Part shown: positions 10,691 to 24,817 of the stretch, piece after piece
Layout: the number at the start of each line of letters is the position of its first letter
Numbering within the stretch: position 1 is the stretch's first letter
Source: Lepidodermella squamata
Lineage: Eukaryota; Animalia; Gastrotricha
DNA: 64,000 nt
Direction: 5' to 3'
Assembly: GCA_047495785.1 (NCBI GenBank)
Contig: JBLDXI010000003.1
Span: 3,038,001 to 3,102,000, forward strand
Position numbers and translations under genes: made by a program
The notes under the pieces: generated by a model
Told to the model about the DNA's origin: nothing
Database searches by the model: none
Seen by the model: the letters and a program-made list of their open reading frames with translations, nothing else

Positions 10691-12367
10691 ATTTACAGAC
10701 GAAAATGGGGCTAAAGTACATACAACGATTTCAGCCTTTTATAGTAGATTCTCAGAGAGATAATGTCCCGACAACCTACTTTATATTAGGTTACCAGGGA
10801 GTGTCTAGGGTCTAGGCCGCAAAAGGTCGAAGAATTATAACGGACCAATTGAAATCACGTGCAAAACGTTCTCTTTGGTATATAGTTCTATCCTTTTTCT
10901 AAATGGCTGATTCTAATAATCGTACGATTGGACATATCAATCAATCAACCAATCGAATGTGTCATATGTCTCGATATTTTTCAGGTGCTTTTCGCAAATG
11001 CAACCGTCATGGACTGATAACTGTTTCGCGATTCGTCTCTAAGTTTGAAAATTCAACGGTGTTTTCGTTATTGTGACTCTCATTTACTTGTGGGCGGTCT
11101 CTGATGCTATACACTATATCGGCGTTGAATAACTCGTCGAATTCAAGCTTGATAATTGCGATAGCTTCAAGGTGATAAGTGGCTTGAAAGATGTCGCGTG
11201 AATGAAGAGGCGTGTACATGTTATTTAAAATACCCACATTGCAAGTAACTGTGTTGGCGTCACTTACTTTATTCGATAATAAACGAGGGCTATTTCGATT
11301 ACAGAAAAAGTATTGCGCAGTTGTACGCTATCTCGAGTCCTGGACAAAGAATTGGAATCACCTGCCGAGCGACGTTTTGTTTCACCGATCACCGACGCGT
11401 AAACAACCCAATAAAATTTTAATTTTTTCGAACTTGGAAAAACAACTGACGGATTCGTCCTCAACATTCGACTAAACATTTTCGAGGATACCTTGGGGGC
11501 GGGTAATTTTGGACAAAATCATGGTGAGCCCCGATTAATTGGTAAAACTGTGTGATTTTTCGATTTTTACCTGACTTTTGGCTGAAGTTGGACCATTAGC
11601 GGGCTATTCGGACACCCTCATTGGCATTGTGAATTTTTTGTTTTTTTCCTGAACGTGAAGTCAAATTAGGAAAAACAATTATAAGCAGATGGCGCATCAT
11701 CTGGTTTCCGAAGAAATTGAGAAAAACACATTTTCGCCTGAACTTCAGGTGAATGCCCTGCAAAAACCAATCGTTGGATTATCATTTTTCTTTCGATAAA
11801 TGAGAGAACAGCGCTCTTAGGATACCCATGCCAATTTTCGTCTCAAAATGATCATTTTTTGGGATATGAGAGGGGGTCCCAAGTCGACATTTGAGTTACC
11901 TTGCTTGTAACATTTCTTAAAAATCAAGTATTGTTTCAATCACCTTGAGACTTGCGTCATTCGAAAGCTCAAGAGCTTTAGGAATCCCCTTGCCTGGATA
12001 TTTTTGTTTCAAATTTCAGAGTTGATTAAAGGTGATTTTTAACCTAAATGATTACGCTGATCGGGCTCAAAAATCAATCGATATGTGATGGACTGATGAG
12101 CCAAATTATTCAACAAGAAGCGCGAAAATCCACGATAGTCTGTAGTTTATTGAGAGATTGATACGCTTGAGTTGCACAATCTTAAACATGGTAATCTAGC
12201 AGCTATACCACGGTACAACATCAAGTAACAAGAAGACGCGATTGCCAAAAAAATATATCATCAAAATTATCATTTTCCTTGCATATTAATATCGTAAGAG
12301 TGAAGCAAGTCTTTTAGTGAAAAATATTTAAATTTCAAATTTTCCAGAATTTCCCGCCATTTTTGTT

Positions 12368-13955
12368 TTATTTCACGCATGACGGCATAGCAGTCCAGGT
12401 GAGCGTGTCTGGCCGGCAAACGATGACCTCGCGGCCTACCAGCGTGTAGCCGTCGAAGCACTGATAGAACACCTTATCAGCGATACTGCTCATCTGCGTG
12501 ATGTCGAAAGTTGAGTTTCGAATACGGCCCTGGCTCAACAGCGGCGCCATGCCGCACGTTGTCTGCTCAGTATCAGCCGTGTTATTGCCACTGCCCGGGA
12601 TGCATCGCGGTTCCGGCGTCCAGACGCCATCGAACAGGCAGACGATCGTCGCTTTGCCATCGGGGATGTAGTAACCCGATTGGCAGGCGAAGGCAACTCG
12701 ATCGCCGTCCATTGCTATTCGATTAGCTGGGAAGGTTTGGTTGAAAATGACCGCATTCGGCACAACAGGAATCGGTCCGCAATTGATGAGCTGGCATTTA
12801 GGGACTGACGACCATTTCAGGTCAGGATTGCAGCGAATCGTGCTGCTTTCGTTGACAATTCGATAGCCGCTTCGGCATCGATAGCGCACCGTTGAAAACG
12901 GCTGGCTTCGGGTTCCGACGAAAGTTTGGTCCTGGACAAAGCCGTTCTCGACAATAGGCGCCGGGCCGCAAGAAGCTGAGAAAAAATTCATTTTATTTAC
13001 GAAAAATTAAATATTATCAATTTTTTTAATTCGGAACGTAAAATCAATTTCCCCAAATTTTTCGAAATTTAATTTCAATTTTTTCGAATTATTTTCTAAT
13101 TTGACCTAGATTATGACAACTCTTACCATCTGGTACGCATTTTGGCGGAATCGGCCAGGTTCCATTCGGGTTGCACGTGATGGTCGGATCCGTCCATTCA
13201 GAATGGAAACCCAGGTCGCAAGCATAGGTCACCTTGTCGAACCAGGTATAACGGGTCGTAGTATAAGACCGAGTCGCCGGGTACCCGTTGTCGATTTGCG
13301 GCGGATCGCCACACGCCGTGATGATCAAACTTCCATATTCTGCGAGAAATTAACAACAAAATAAAAAATTCTGAATTGTTCAAGGCATCTTACGGCAGAC
13401 TGGTTTAGGATTAGACCAGGTCCCATTTGGTTGGCAGACAATTGTTTCGGTCGAAGTCGCCGTCAAGCCGATCGCACACGTGTAGATCACGGTCGATCCA
13501 ACCTGGCTTTGATCGAGCGGGAAATTAGTTTTTACCTGAGCGGTACGCACATCAGGCGCCGGGCCGCATGTGGTTACGCAAAGGGGCAAGGCAGTCCATT
13601 GCATTGTGTCCCCATCGCAAGTTATCGTAGGATCGCCTATAATGATGAAACCGTCGTAGCAAGCATAGGTCGACTGGTCACCCTCCACGCTTGATCGGTT
13701 GTTGAAAGTTGTTGTAACCACCCTGGCGTGTTGGATGTAAGGCGTTGCTCCACAAGTGATTGGAACTGTATTTTATTAAGGCGGATTATTTAATTATCTT
13801 TTGAAATTTCACAAAAAATTACGTCTCAAGCGGCGATCCGTGAACGGGTTCAAGGCGTAACGGCGAGGGCCTTGAGTCGAAGGGCGGCTTGTATAGAATT
13901 GCGCCTCAACAACGGCAACAGTTAAGACGGCTGCCAAAAGGCATGCGCGTAACAT
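12368..13955 (-). CDS. Secreted protein with 6 Sushi/CCP domains
   Basis: Signal MLRACLLAAVLTVAVVEA; four exons; six C-x-x-x-P...Y-x-C...G...C...W...P-x-C modules; TAA at 12368. Confidence 0.88.
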
Positions 13956-14663
13956 TTTTTGTAAAAAAAAATTGAAAAATTGCGCGCACTTGAAAATTTA
14001 TTGGTAGGCAATAATAATAATTGACTGCGCGCGCGCACGGCGTCGGAAGTCTCGATCAGTCACGCCTGTGGGTATATTTTTATTAGTGCACTGGCCACAA
14101 TGTTCAATCGCGATTAAAAATTAACGCGGTAAAATGTAGCGCTGTGGCAACGCCTTGTCAAAATAAATATACAAAACCCATCATGGTCAAGTCGCGTCCA
14201 TCGAAGGTGTGTCATATCGCCAATTTCGAGCCGTCACAGCCGCGGCCTCAGGTGAGTGTGACGACCCCTGGGTCCTCCTGGGATCACTTAAAAGCTGCGC
14301 CGCCTAAAAGCTGTTTTTCGTAATTTTTACACCATTTTATGCGAGTACTTGAATCGAGTGTGAAATTTTTCGGTGTGTTTATTTTAGGGCTAATTTCGCC
14401 GAAATTATTGCACTAAATGCCAGCAAAAAAATGAAGTCCCTGAAAATTATTAAGTAAAAAGATTTTATTATTTGCAAAGGGTATCATGCTCAACTCACAA
14501 TCATCGATGGCTATTATATTAGGTGTTCTTAATTATCTCAACTACGAGGGAGGGAAGGTTAAATAGACCGGGAGCAAAAAAATAAAACGCTACAAATCTC
14601 TCGCACTATAATAAAATGAGTCATAAAATTGTATGAAAAATTGGGGGTGAAAACGTCAAATAA

Positions 14664-17600
14664 TTATCTTCCACTCCTAGCTTGTCGGCATTCGAATTGA
14701 ACCGCCCAGGAGCCGTCCGCTAAACACGTGACTCTGTTCGATTTTCCGATCAAGTTCCAACCGTCTTCACACATGTAAGTGACAGAATCGCCCGTAACAC
14801 CAGTCTTGGACTGAAAAAAAATGATTATTTTTTCGAAATATTTCGGGCTGAAAAGGTATCCTAAACCTGTGGATTCGAAAACTGCCTCACGAGCTCCTTA
14901 GCATTAGCCAAGGCTGGCGGAACACCGCAACCTGGTGATGCATTTCCTATGGGAAAAAAATTAAATATCGAAAAAATTTCTCAATAAAAACTCAAAATTC
15001 GGGACGAAATTAGAAAAATTAGATTTTGGTTATTAAATTATAATTATATTATTTGTTACACGGCGACAAAAATAAAAGAATAAGCGAGTTATTGAAACTT
15101 ACTCTGACAGCTCGGAAGAGGGCTCCATTGAAGCGTGAGGCGGTCACACGTTATGGTCGCACTGCCCCTCAGGGTGAACCCGCTATTACAGGTAAAGGTC
15201 ACTGTGTCACCCGGGGTTGGGCGTTGACCTGACCCAACATCAAACGATGCCGTTTGAATATTCCCATTCGGTACCGTATTCGGGTTCGGGCAATAACTAG
15301 GCGCCGCTGGAGGGGGTGGTGGTTGAGTTGTTGCCCGGGTTGGAGGTGGGGGTGGAGGGGGTTGAGTCCTAACGGGGGCTGGGGTAGGGGCGACTGCTAC
15401 GGAATCAACATCAAGAGAATTAATTGCCAGATTATTAATATAGGTCCCCCTTAAAAAATCCGCCCCTTTTTTAACACTACTATCCCTGACCGCCCAAGTC
15501 TTACGAGGTTGCAGTCCAGTGCCCAAACAACGTGGCTCAGGGGTCCATTTGCCGTCGAACAGGCAAACAATAGTGAGCCGGCCGCCGGCTGGTGTGAAAC
15601 CAGAATTGCAGCGGTAAATAACGCGATCGCCATCGTACGGCGATGATTCAAAGCTTTTCGATTCGATTTCACCGTTTGAAATCTGAGGCGGGTTCGGGCA
15701 GGCCTTTTTCGAGCTATCGCGTTGTTGCCGCTCGCACGTTGGCATGGTTGACCATCGAGAATTCGCCTCGCAGGTAACAGTATCCGGGCCATTGAGTTTG
15801 AACCCACTAGCGCAGGCGTAGACAACTTTTGACTTCAACTTGCTGCCTGAGCCGGTGAAGTCTTGGGAACGGACGTAGCCGCCCGATAGCGTTTGAGGCG
15901 CCCCACAAGCGGCGACCGTGCTGGCTTCGACGCAAGTCGGTACCTCAGACCACTCGCCGGTATCTTGGCATCGAATCGTGGATGCTTGCTGATTTTGGAA
16001 GGTGAAGCCTTCGTAGCATTCGTAAGTTGCCGTATCACCGCTAGAATTTTAAAATATTTGAAAAAACGCTCAAAGGAGCCAAAATTAACGGAAAATTAGA
16101 AAAATTCAAAAAATTGCAAAAAAAATTGAAATAAATCTGGAACTTCTTTCCCAGCTATGAATCATATTTCAAATTATTTTGGGCAAATACTTTCATTTTA
16201 AAGTTTGAAAACAAAATTCAAAAAAATTTCAAAATTCGAGAAATTTAAATTCTTAAATTTTCAAAAATTACCAAAAAATTGAAAAAATTCGAAAATAATT
16301 TTTGTTAGCCCTGGTTATTCGGCTTACACTTTAGCATGGTCCCCGCTGAATGAAAATGTTGAAGCAGCCGCGTTCATAACATTCGGAACGTCATGACATA
16401 GAACTTCGCCGCCAGATGGTTGAGTCGGAGGTGGGCCATTCGCATCTGGCTTGCAGATAGGTTGAGCTGACCAATAGCCATTATCACAGCGAATCGTTGC
16501 ATCGTTCATCAAACGAGTGCCACTCATGCAGGAGTACGTTACTGAATCGCCAGATTTGCTTTGCTCCTCGACGAAGCTTTGGTATTGGACTTCGGCGTAG
16601 GCGACAGTCGGCGGGCCGCCGCACGATGCTTCGCAGCTCGGGTAGTGGGACCATTGCTGGGAGCCGAGGCAAACGATTGTGTGATCACCTACCATACTAT
16701 AGCCATTATTGCAGGAGTATCCGACCTAAAATAAAATAATATAAAAATTCCTAATTAAAAATGACCTAATTTAAAAATTATTAAGCTGGATTTTTTATTT
16801 TCCAAATAATTTTTTATATAATTTAATTACCTGATCGCCAACTTTGGAGTATTTTCGTTGCATTGTTGTAGTAACGATATAGGCGTATTCAAGGGTAGGC
16901 GCTTCCCCGCAAGTTTGGCCAACTTCAAAAATGTGAAAGAAATTCGCGGATAATTCTGAGATAAAACTAAAACGAGGAGAAATACCATCAATAGCCTGAG
17001 CTTCAGAGCTAGGCGGAGTTGACCGGTAGTATTGGGCCCAAACATCGACCGGCGTAGTTTTAGTCGACAGCTTCGATGGATCCTCTGATTTAATTAATTA
17101 ATTAATATTTATTATTTAGGTTGAAACTCACGGCAAATCGGTGATCCAGACCATCTGCCATCCATTTGACAAATAACACCTGGAAAATGCGGCTTTGTAT
17201 TATTTTCTAGTTCAAATTAGTTGTTAATTTCACCATCGCCAGTTATAAGCGTTTTGCCGTTGATGCAATTGTAACGAGCCATTGATCCAGGGATACTTCC
17301 CTCGCCAACAAAATCTCGGTCATACTCGACGGCGTTTTCAACCTCGGGCGGGTTGCCGCATGATCGCGTGCATATCGGGTGCTGTGACCACGCTTGCGTC
17401 TCCCACTCGCACGTTATGGTCGTTGATTGCTGGTTGGTGAAGGCGTAGCCGCGCTCGCACGCGTACACGGCTTGGTCGTCCGGGCCAGAGCCGACATCGT
17501 CGGCGTAGGTCTTCGAAATCACGCGGCCGTATGGAAACATTGGCGGCTCGCCACATGTGAAAGGTCGCGCTAATTATCAAGGTCAAACAAATAAAATTAC

Positions 17601-19567
17601 TCATTAGATAAATAATTAACAAAATTTGAAGTCAAATTAAAAATGCAAACGCTGTGGAAAATATTGGTACATAATAGAAAACAAATAACGAAATTCGCGG
17701 GTGTTAATTAAACGCGGAAAAAACACGCCGCAATATTATTTATATATACTATCTCAGCGCAGCGCAATGTAAGCTGCTCGAGTACTATCGTGTTCCACGT
17801 TATAATGCCGCGTTAAAATGCGCTATACTAAATAGCAGCAGCGTTAAGGCATAAGGTATACGCGTAATTTTTACGTGTTCCTTAGGCTAAAAGGAAAATA
17901 GCTGCCTTAATGTTAACCATGGTTCCATGGTGTAGCGGTTAGCACTCTGGACTCTGAATCCAGCGACTCGAGTTCGATTCTCGATGGGACCTTAATTTTT
18001 CAATTTCCCTTTTCCTTTTTTTGAATAATTTTTCGGATAATTAAATTATTTTTCGAAAATAAATTAATGGCAACATCAAGAAACAAGGCAGAACAAAACG
18101 AGCAATCGTCAACAAATTTAGCATTCGTAAATAAAACAAATTTAGCAAATATTATTAAGTGAGATATACAAGCTGAATTTCGTGTTGGCACCGGTGCTGA
18201 ACCTTAATGATGTTAATTAATCAGCTGTTAGGTCTATATGTTTTTTTGCACAAAATCAGACTTACGAGTTGTGGTCGTTGTTGTCGGGGCTAAAATGTTC
18301 AAAAATATAATTGACTAGCTACTCGGAACTGAGCTTACGAGGTTCGGTTGTAGTCGTTGTAGTAGTAGTGGGTCGGAAATATCTAGGCGGTGTATTCACT
18401 ATTCTGTTAGTGACAGAACCACCGGAGGACCTCTCGCAGGTAGGTACCGGTGACCAGCCGTGAATCGACTCATCACACCAAATGCGATCACTTGTCCCAG
18501 CAACCAGGGCGAAACCAGGTAAGCACTGATACTGGACAATATCGTTGAACTTGCTGTTCACCCCGCGGAACGACTGCATCGTGATATTGGCTCCAGCAAC
18601 GGTGGGAGGGGCGCCGCATGAGCCGACACAAGTTGGAACTGGCTGCCACGAAGAATCAGCTTGGCAAAACGAGGGTGCATCGGTTGATAAAATGTAGTGT
18701 TCGTAACACTGATAGGTCGCTTGATCACCACCGTAAAACAAATCAGGTGATCCCGAAGACGAATCGGCCTGGAAAAACATCCAATTTTTAATTTTTTTAA
18801 ATTTCAATTAAATTAATATTAATGTTAAATAAATTAAATGTAATTAAATTAATAAAAAATTCGGAAAAATTAAATTAAATCAATTCCAATTTTTTTCGAA
18901 TTTTTTATGTTACCGTATTGATGTAACCCATTTCGATTTGAGGAGGCGGGCCGCATTGAATGTTCGGATCCGAAGCCGGTTGAATCGAAACGACCAGAGC
19001 CGGGTTTCGAGCCGACGGTTTCAGGGCCAATTCACCGCCAACGCGCAGCTGGTTGACCTCCTTTAAATTGCTAATCGACATGAAGCCGACGTAGGTCTCA
19101 AACTTTTCAGCCGCTTTAACGTTATCGATGCCATACGGCACAACCAGCTGATTTTGCGGGACATCCCATCGATCGTAGAAAATTCCGATCACGTGACCTG
19201 CTGTGACCTTCAACCTCGTATCGCCGCTTAACTGCATCGTCGTCCAGCTGGTCTTCGATTGCGATTGCGCGACCTCAATCGTTATGTAATTAACTAATTG
19301 GTAGTAATTAGTCGAACCCTGTTGGAACGGGCGGAACGTGCCGAGGTAGAACTTGTGTTGCCCGGCCCCGGTCGCGAAATTGATGAAACTGATCGAGCCA
19401 ACCTGGCCCTCGCAACCTAGCTTCATCCATGAAAAAATTTGCAGAACCCCTGTCGCTAATTGATACGTTGAATTAGCCTCAGCGGCTGTTAAACCAACTC
19501 GACACCGTTCGACCGCATAGTTGGATTTAACAAAGCAAAAAACAATTAAAATTAACGATTTTAACAT
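14664..19567 (-). CDS. Secreted protein: unknown ~170-aa N-terminal domain plus about 11 Sushi domains with Thr/Pro linkers
   Basis: Signal MLKSLILIVFCFVKSNYA; N-domain WMKLGCEGQV...GIFYDRWD...TYVGF; Sushi exons down to ...GSWAVQFECRQARSGR*. Confidence 0.85.
17921..17992 (+). tRNA. tRNA-Gln(CTG), intronic
   Basis: Acceptor GGTTCCA/TGGGACC, anticodon arm CTGGA-CTCTGAA-TCCAG, T arm TCGAG-TTCGATT-CTCGA, downstream T run. Confidence 0.95.
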
Positions 19568-20090
19568 TTTCCTAATAAAATAATTGCAGAAAAATATTTG
19601 GCGATGAGATTTGATGAATGGATACAGTCGAGTGTTTTTCTTGTTTTCTGATAGGTACCATGGATCGGTGTGGTAGGCGGTTGGTTGGTTAGAGTGCGCG
19701 CCTATATGATCAATTGAATCGGTTTCGCGCGTTTGTGTGCGCTTAAGATTTTAGCGCATCAAATATTTAACATTTGCACGCGTAAATAAAGACAGTCACC
19801 CATGCATAGATGAATCGCGCCTAGTTACGCGCGCACCGATGAGCGCTGCTCCGGCTTAATAATCTCACTGCGACACCTTGAGACTCGACACGAAACGTGA
19901 CAAAAGACAAAATGATTTTGCATTTTCACTTCATTTATTATTATCATTTTTATGATTTTTAAGAAATTTGTTTACGCCATCGGGTGTATTCAAAAAATTT
20001 CACAGGTATTCTAACAAACAATTGGAGTGAGAGAGAGAGAGAGAAAATTAAAAATAAGAATATTTTGTCAATTAAAATTGTCGAGAATTT

Positions 20091-23000
20091 TTAAGCTGGC
20101 TCACACGTGAGTTGGATGCGCCACGAGCCGTCTAAACAGGTCACCTGGTTGCAAGGCGGGCTGCGGCATTCAGCGGCTTTATAGCCATCGAGACATTCGT
20201 AAATCGCGTAATCGTAGTCACGCGGCGTTGAGTTATCGGCAAATACTCGCAGGGTCTCGATGGCGTTGCGAATTGTAGGCGGCGGGAGGCAGCCGTCGGA
20301 TTCCACGGTTGTAGTCACTACAATGGGAGGAAGAGTGATTATTCGGGTGGTTGTAGTAGTCGATGATGTCGATGGAGATGTTCTTAACGTGGAAGTAGTA
20401 GCGACTGTAGATGTTCGAACGGTGCTCGCTGTTGTCGTAGTTGGCTCTGGAAATTGAGACAATAAATAATAATAATAAGAAAATTCTTAGACGAAAATTC
20501 ACTGTTAAAATTAAAAGGATCTAAAGGCATTGAATCTTTTGGCGGAACCAACATTTTGTATAGCAGAACAACATTTAAAAATTTTTACCAAAAACGAACC
20601 ATTCTGTATCTTTTCCGAATAAATTCATATTAATTTTTAATTTTTAAATTGACCACAAGAAAATAGGTTTCCTTCGACCCCATTTGACCCAAAAAGAACT
20701 AGGATTCTCGCGCCATTTTATTCGAATTTTTTTGCAGGCAAGAAATCGATCAATTTAAAACTTGGCGCATGGCGCGCGCAGGAAAATTCTACGTCACTTT
20801 GGTAGCATAAGACTTACGCGAAACGAATTCAAAATGATTTTATGTTTACAGAATTTTATATTATGGGACATATTCGTCAAAATGTTAAATGTTGATGAAA
20901 TTATCAATTTTTCAACGAGCGGGCTTCAAAACTACTCGCTGAATTCATTTTGGAGCCAGATTTTGAGGCATCTTTGTGCTGCAAGGTCAACGAGCGCTAC
21001 TTCAAGTTGAACTACATTTGGCCGCGGAACAAACCCAAATCTCGACTTATGATGTTTCAGAATTTTAGAATGAAAGTACTGGAAGTACTAAACAATTCTT
21101 CGCTATTTTCTGTTCAAGGCCTGACCATCGCTACGAAAAACGACGTAAATATGATTTGTTAATTTTTCTCAAAAAAACCATTTTATCTTGCGTTAAGTGC
21201 TATCTTTTAAAATTAGGTTCCACTAAACTCAATTCTGCAAGGTAAATTTACAATTACTACTAATAATGCTTCTGAAATATTGCGATTCCGTATTTTCTTT
21301 TAATTTCTAATTTTTTTATTACCTAGAGTGAGCCCGACTTCGTTATTGAAAGCTTGTTCGCATGTGAGTTGAACGCGCCAAGATCCATCGACGCACGTGG
21401 CTTGATTACACGGCTCAACGCGGCACTGAGCCGGCCGGAAGCCAGGGAAACAACTGTAAATTGCATAGTCGCCATCACGAGGGTAAACCCCACCATCAGC
21501 GTAGATTCGAGACGTTTCGACCGCATTTCTAATATTAGGCGGGTTCAATGGGCACCCATCAAAGGGTGACGTAGTCGGCAGGGCGGGTGTCGTCGCCTCT
21601 GGTGGTCGTCGATTTTCTATTTTAAGAAAAAAAAATGATTAATTATAGATTTTAAAATAAAATAACCTGTGCAAACTGGTGGATCGCTCCATTTTAGCGG
21701 TGTCCCGTAGCAAATAATTTTCAGAGCATTGAAAGTCGTGAAGCCAGGATTACACCTATAGGTGACTACGTCCAAAATCACCCCTCGACCACCAGTGACA
21801 GAAGTATCAACCACCTGAGCGTTAGGAACGTCAGGAATCGGCCCGCAAAAAGAGTTATCGTCCAGAATACAAGTCGGCCGATCAGTTATCGTCCATTGAG
21901 GTGGATTGCCGTTACAAGTCAAGTTTGAAACACTGTTATTTGCTAACATAAACCCCTCGCTGCAGCTATAGGACGCGACATCACCGGGTTGACTCTGCCG
22001 ACCCGAAAATGAGATTGATTTTACGAAACCATTAGCGATAGGAGGGGCGTTCCCACAAGTTGGATTATCTGAATAATAATAATATTCAAAAAAATCGAAA
22101 TTTTCAGGAAATATTTTACAAAATGAGCAAGTTGGAACGGGGCTGAACTTTCGCGTGAAGTTATTGCATGTAACGGTCGCTTCCCCGACCATTATGTAAC
22201 CAGGTTGGCAAGAGTACCGAATCCGATCGCCGACTGAAGGCTCCCCGTTAGGGTTAGCGTACTCTTTAACCGAAATGAAACCATTTGTCACGTTAGGAGG
22301 GGCTTGGCAAGGGCTGAAAATTCGCGAAACATTGTGAAATAATTCGAAATTTTTAAAATTATCTCACATTAGGGAGAGTAAACATTGCGGTGGCTGGGAC
22401 CATGTGCCGTCCGGCTGGCAAACGATGCGTGACGGTCCGTTCATAGTTAGTCCCTGACTACACCGGAAAATGATGTAGTCGCCAATTTGAACCGGCATTC
22501 CATCCGGGCCAGATCGACTGATCGGCGTGCCACCGGGTATTACCGGGGCAGCTCCACAGGTGTTGTCGCAAATTGGTAGCGTTGTCCAAACTCTGGTCGT
22601 AGAGCAGACGACTACGCTGTTCGAACCGGCTCGAAATTTGAAGCCGGCATTGCAGGCGTAACGGATGATTGAACCAGGTAGGCTGGCCTCTCTTGTGAAG
22701 TTTTGGAAGGTGACTACAGCGTTGGTTATATTCGGAGCTGGGCCGCAGCCGTTCGGTTGGCAAATCGGCATTGGGGTCCAGGATAAAGTTCGGCCATCGC
22801 ATTTTACGACGGAAGTGCCGACCATGAAGTAACTGGGATCGCAGGAATAGGAAATACTGTCGCCAGCTGAGCTTGGTCGATCGGAGAAATAACTTCTGCC
22901 GGCGATGTAGCCGTTAGATAGAGGTAGGGGTGAGCCGCAGCTATTACCATATCCAGCAGCAAAATTTATCCCTGAAAAAAGCCATCACTATAACTGAGAA

Positions 23001-24600
23001 CTGAGAATTGTGGTTCTACATTTTTCCTATTTCATGTTTCATGCACTTACTAAATTTCCTTAAACAAATGATGCATCCTATGAACCTGGGATTTTTTAAA
23101 TAAGCTACCTGTAACCCTCAGGAATTTAAGAAAATTACATTATAGTTCCTCAAATTTAAGGCTGCCCTGTGAACCGAGGAAGAGTTTTTCGGAGACTGGG
23201 GTCCAGTACATCGCATTATGGCTGAAATAATAAACTGAGTTGGGACAAATAAGGTCAATATCGTTAGCGGCGCGCCAAAACAACCACTTAGATGACTCAT
23301 TCGATAGTACTTTTGGTCGCCTAACGTAATAATGAAGTACGTTAGGCTTTTTGAGCACCGATTTTTCATCTATCGAACGTACTTTCTTTAAAAAATCTAT
23401 AAATAGTAAAGTGGTTGTTTTGGCGCGTCGCTAACGATATTAGTCCTAAGCACTCTCTAAGTCTCGGGCTTCGGATTCTCATCAGAGCCATTTTCTCTCT
23501 GATACCCAGGAAAGCCGATTTCAAATGCTACGAAATGATCATGTTCTCTGCTGTAACAAAAACTAGGTTTAGTATTACGTCCAAGTTCTAGTTCAAGAAG
23601 ATTTTAGCAAAAACAGAATAAAAAAGATTTACCAGAGGTGGGGTTCGAACCCACGCGGGATTACTCCCATCAGATCTTAAGTCTGACCTCTTAAACCACT
23701 CGAGCACTCTGGTCGGGTGAATACTAAGCCTTTCAGAAGTTTTTTCAATCTTCTCTCAGATGGAACCCATGAACTCTCACAAGCTATTTCAGCCTAATAG
23801 TCAGGAATCTAGTTCAGGCATCAATTAGGTTCAGAAAGGTCCATTCCAAGTTGAAAGATTAATAAAGAAATTTAACCTGATAAATCGGGGACACATTTCG
23901 GACTCTCCGACCAGTTGCCATCCGGTAGGCAGGTAATAGTATTCCGCCCAACTGTATTGAAGCCGCTCAAACATTCGTACCGAACCCGATTACCAGCTTG
24001 ACCCGTTGAAGTCGTAAAAGTTCGCGTGACCTCCCGAGCATTCAGTAATATTGGAGGCTCGCCGCAGGACGGCGAAGCAAGTTGACATTTAGGCATATCC
24101 GTCCACTTGCCATTACCTTAATCGATAGATATGAATTTAAATCGATAAATTTAGGAAATCACAAACAGACTTTGGCATCTGATCGAATTGCTTTTTCCGA
24201 CAAGAATGAACATGCTTTCGCAATTGAAGGTGATAACGTCCCCACTAGAAGCGCGATCTGCTTCGACATGGATGGTACTCGTAATGATGCGCCCATTTTG
24301 AAGGCCAGTAATTTTGGGACATTTCACGAATTGGCAATCGGGCAATTCTGACCAATCTCCCGTCGACTGGCAAGTTATGCTATCAGGGCTAGGCTGGTAC
24401 CCGTTTCTACACGCGTATTTAACAATGTTGCCGGGTTCACTCGACCGTGTCGATGTGTAATTCTGCCATACGATATCAGCGCCTTCGATGACCGGTGGCG
24501 AGCCGCAAGATGAGATAGGTAGGGCTGAAATCGCCGGTAGCCATAGCAACGCACCTGATAACAACAGCCAAATAGCCCGTGCTTGGTCAAGCGTATCCAT
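20091..24600 (-). CDS. Secreted protein with about 11 Sushi domains; the last two carry an extra Cys pair and are separated by a Thr-rich linker
   Basis: MDTLDQARAIWLLLSGALLWLPAISA signal; Sushi exons; terminal modules contain CRVEPC and CRSPPC; TAA at 20091. Confidence 0.85.
23253..23446. mobile_element. PIF/Harbinger (Tourist-like) MITE in intron
   Basis: GG...CC termini, ~38-bp TIR AATATCGTTAGCG(G/A)CGCGCCAAAACAACCACTT, TAA on both flanks. Confidence 0.7.
23630..23713 (-). tRNA. tRNA-Leu(TAA), intronic
   Basis: ACCAGAG/CTCTGGT acceptor, TCAGA-CTTAAGA-TCTGA anticodon arm, long variable arm, GTTCGAAC T loop. Confidence 0.93.
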
Positions 24601-24817
24601 TATTCGAGACAGCACTCGAGGTAATATCGACAGATGTTAAGTGCAAAGCTCTTGGCAGTGGGAAAAACCCGAAATCAATGCAAGAAACATTGGCAAAACA
24701 ATCTTAATTATTAAAACTTGATCGATCTCATTTGTTCTTTATTTTTTTGCTCTCGATTTTTTGTAATAAACTAAGAAGTATACAAGGGGGTTATAATATT
24801 TGTTGATTTTTCTCTCA

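Noticed and set aside
11168-11947. Element bounded by CAAGGTGAT/ATCACCTTG
   Set aside because: Only a 9-bp inverted match and no convincing TSD.
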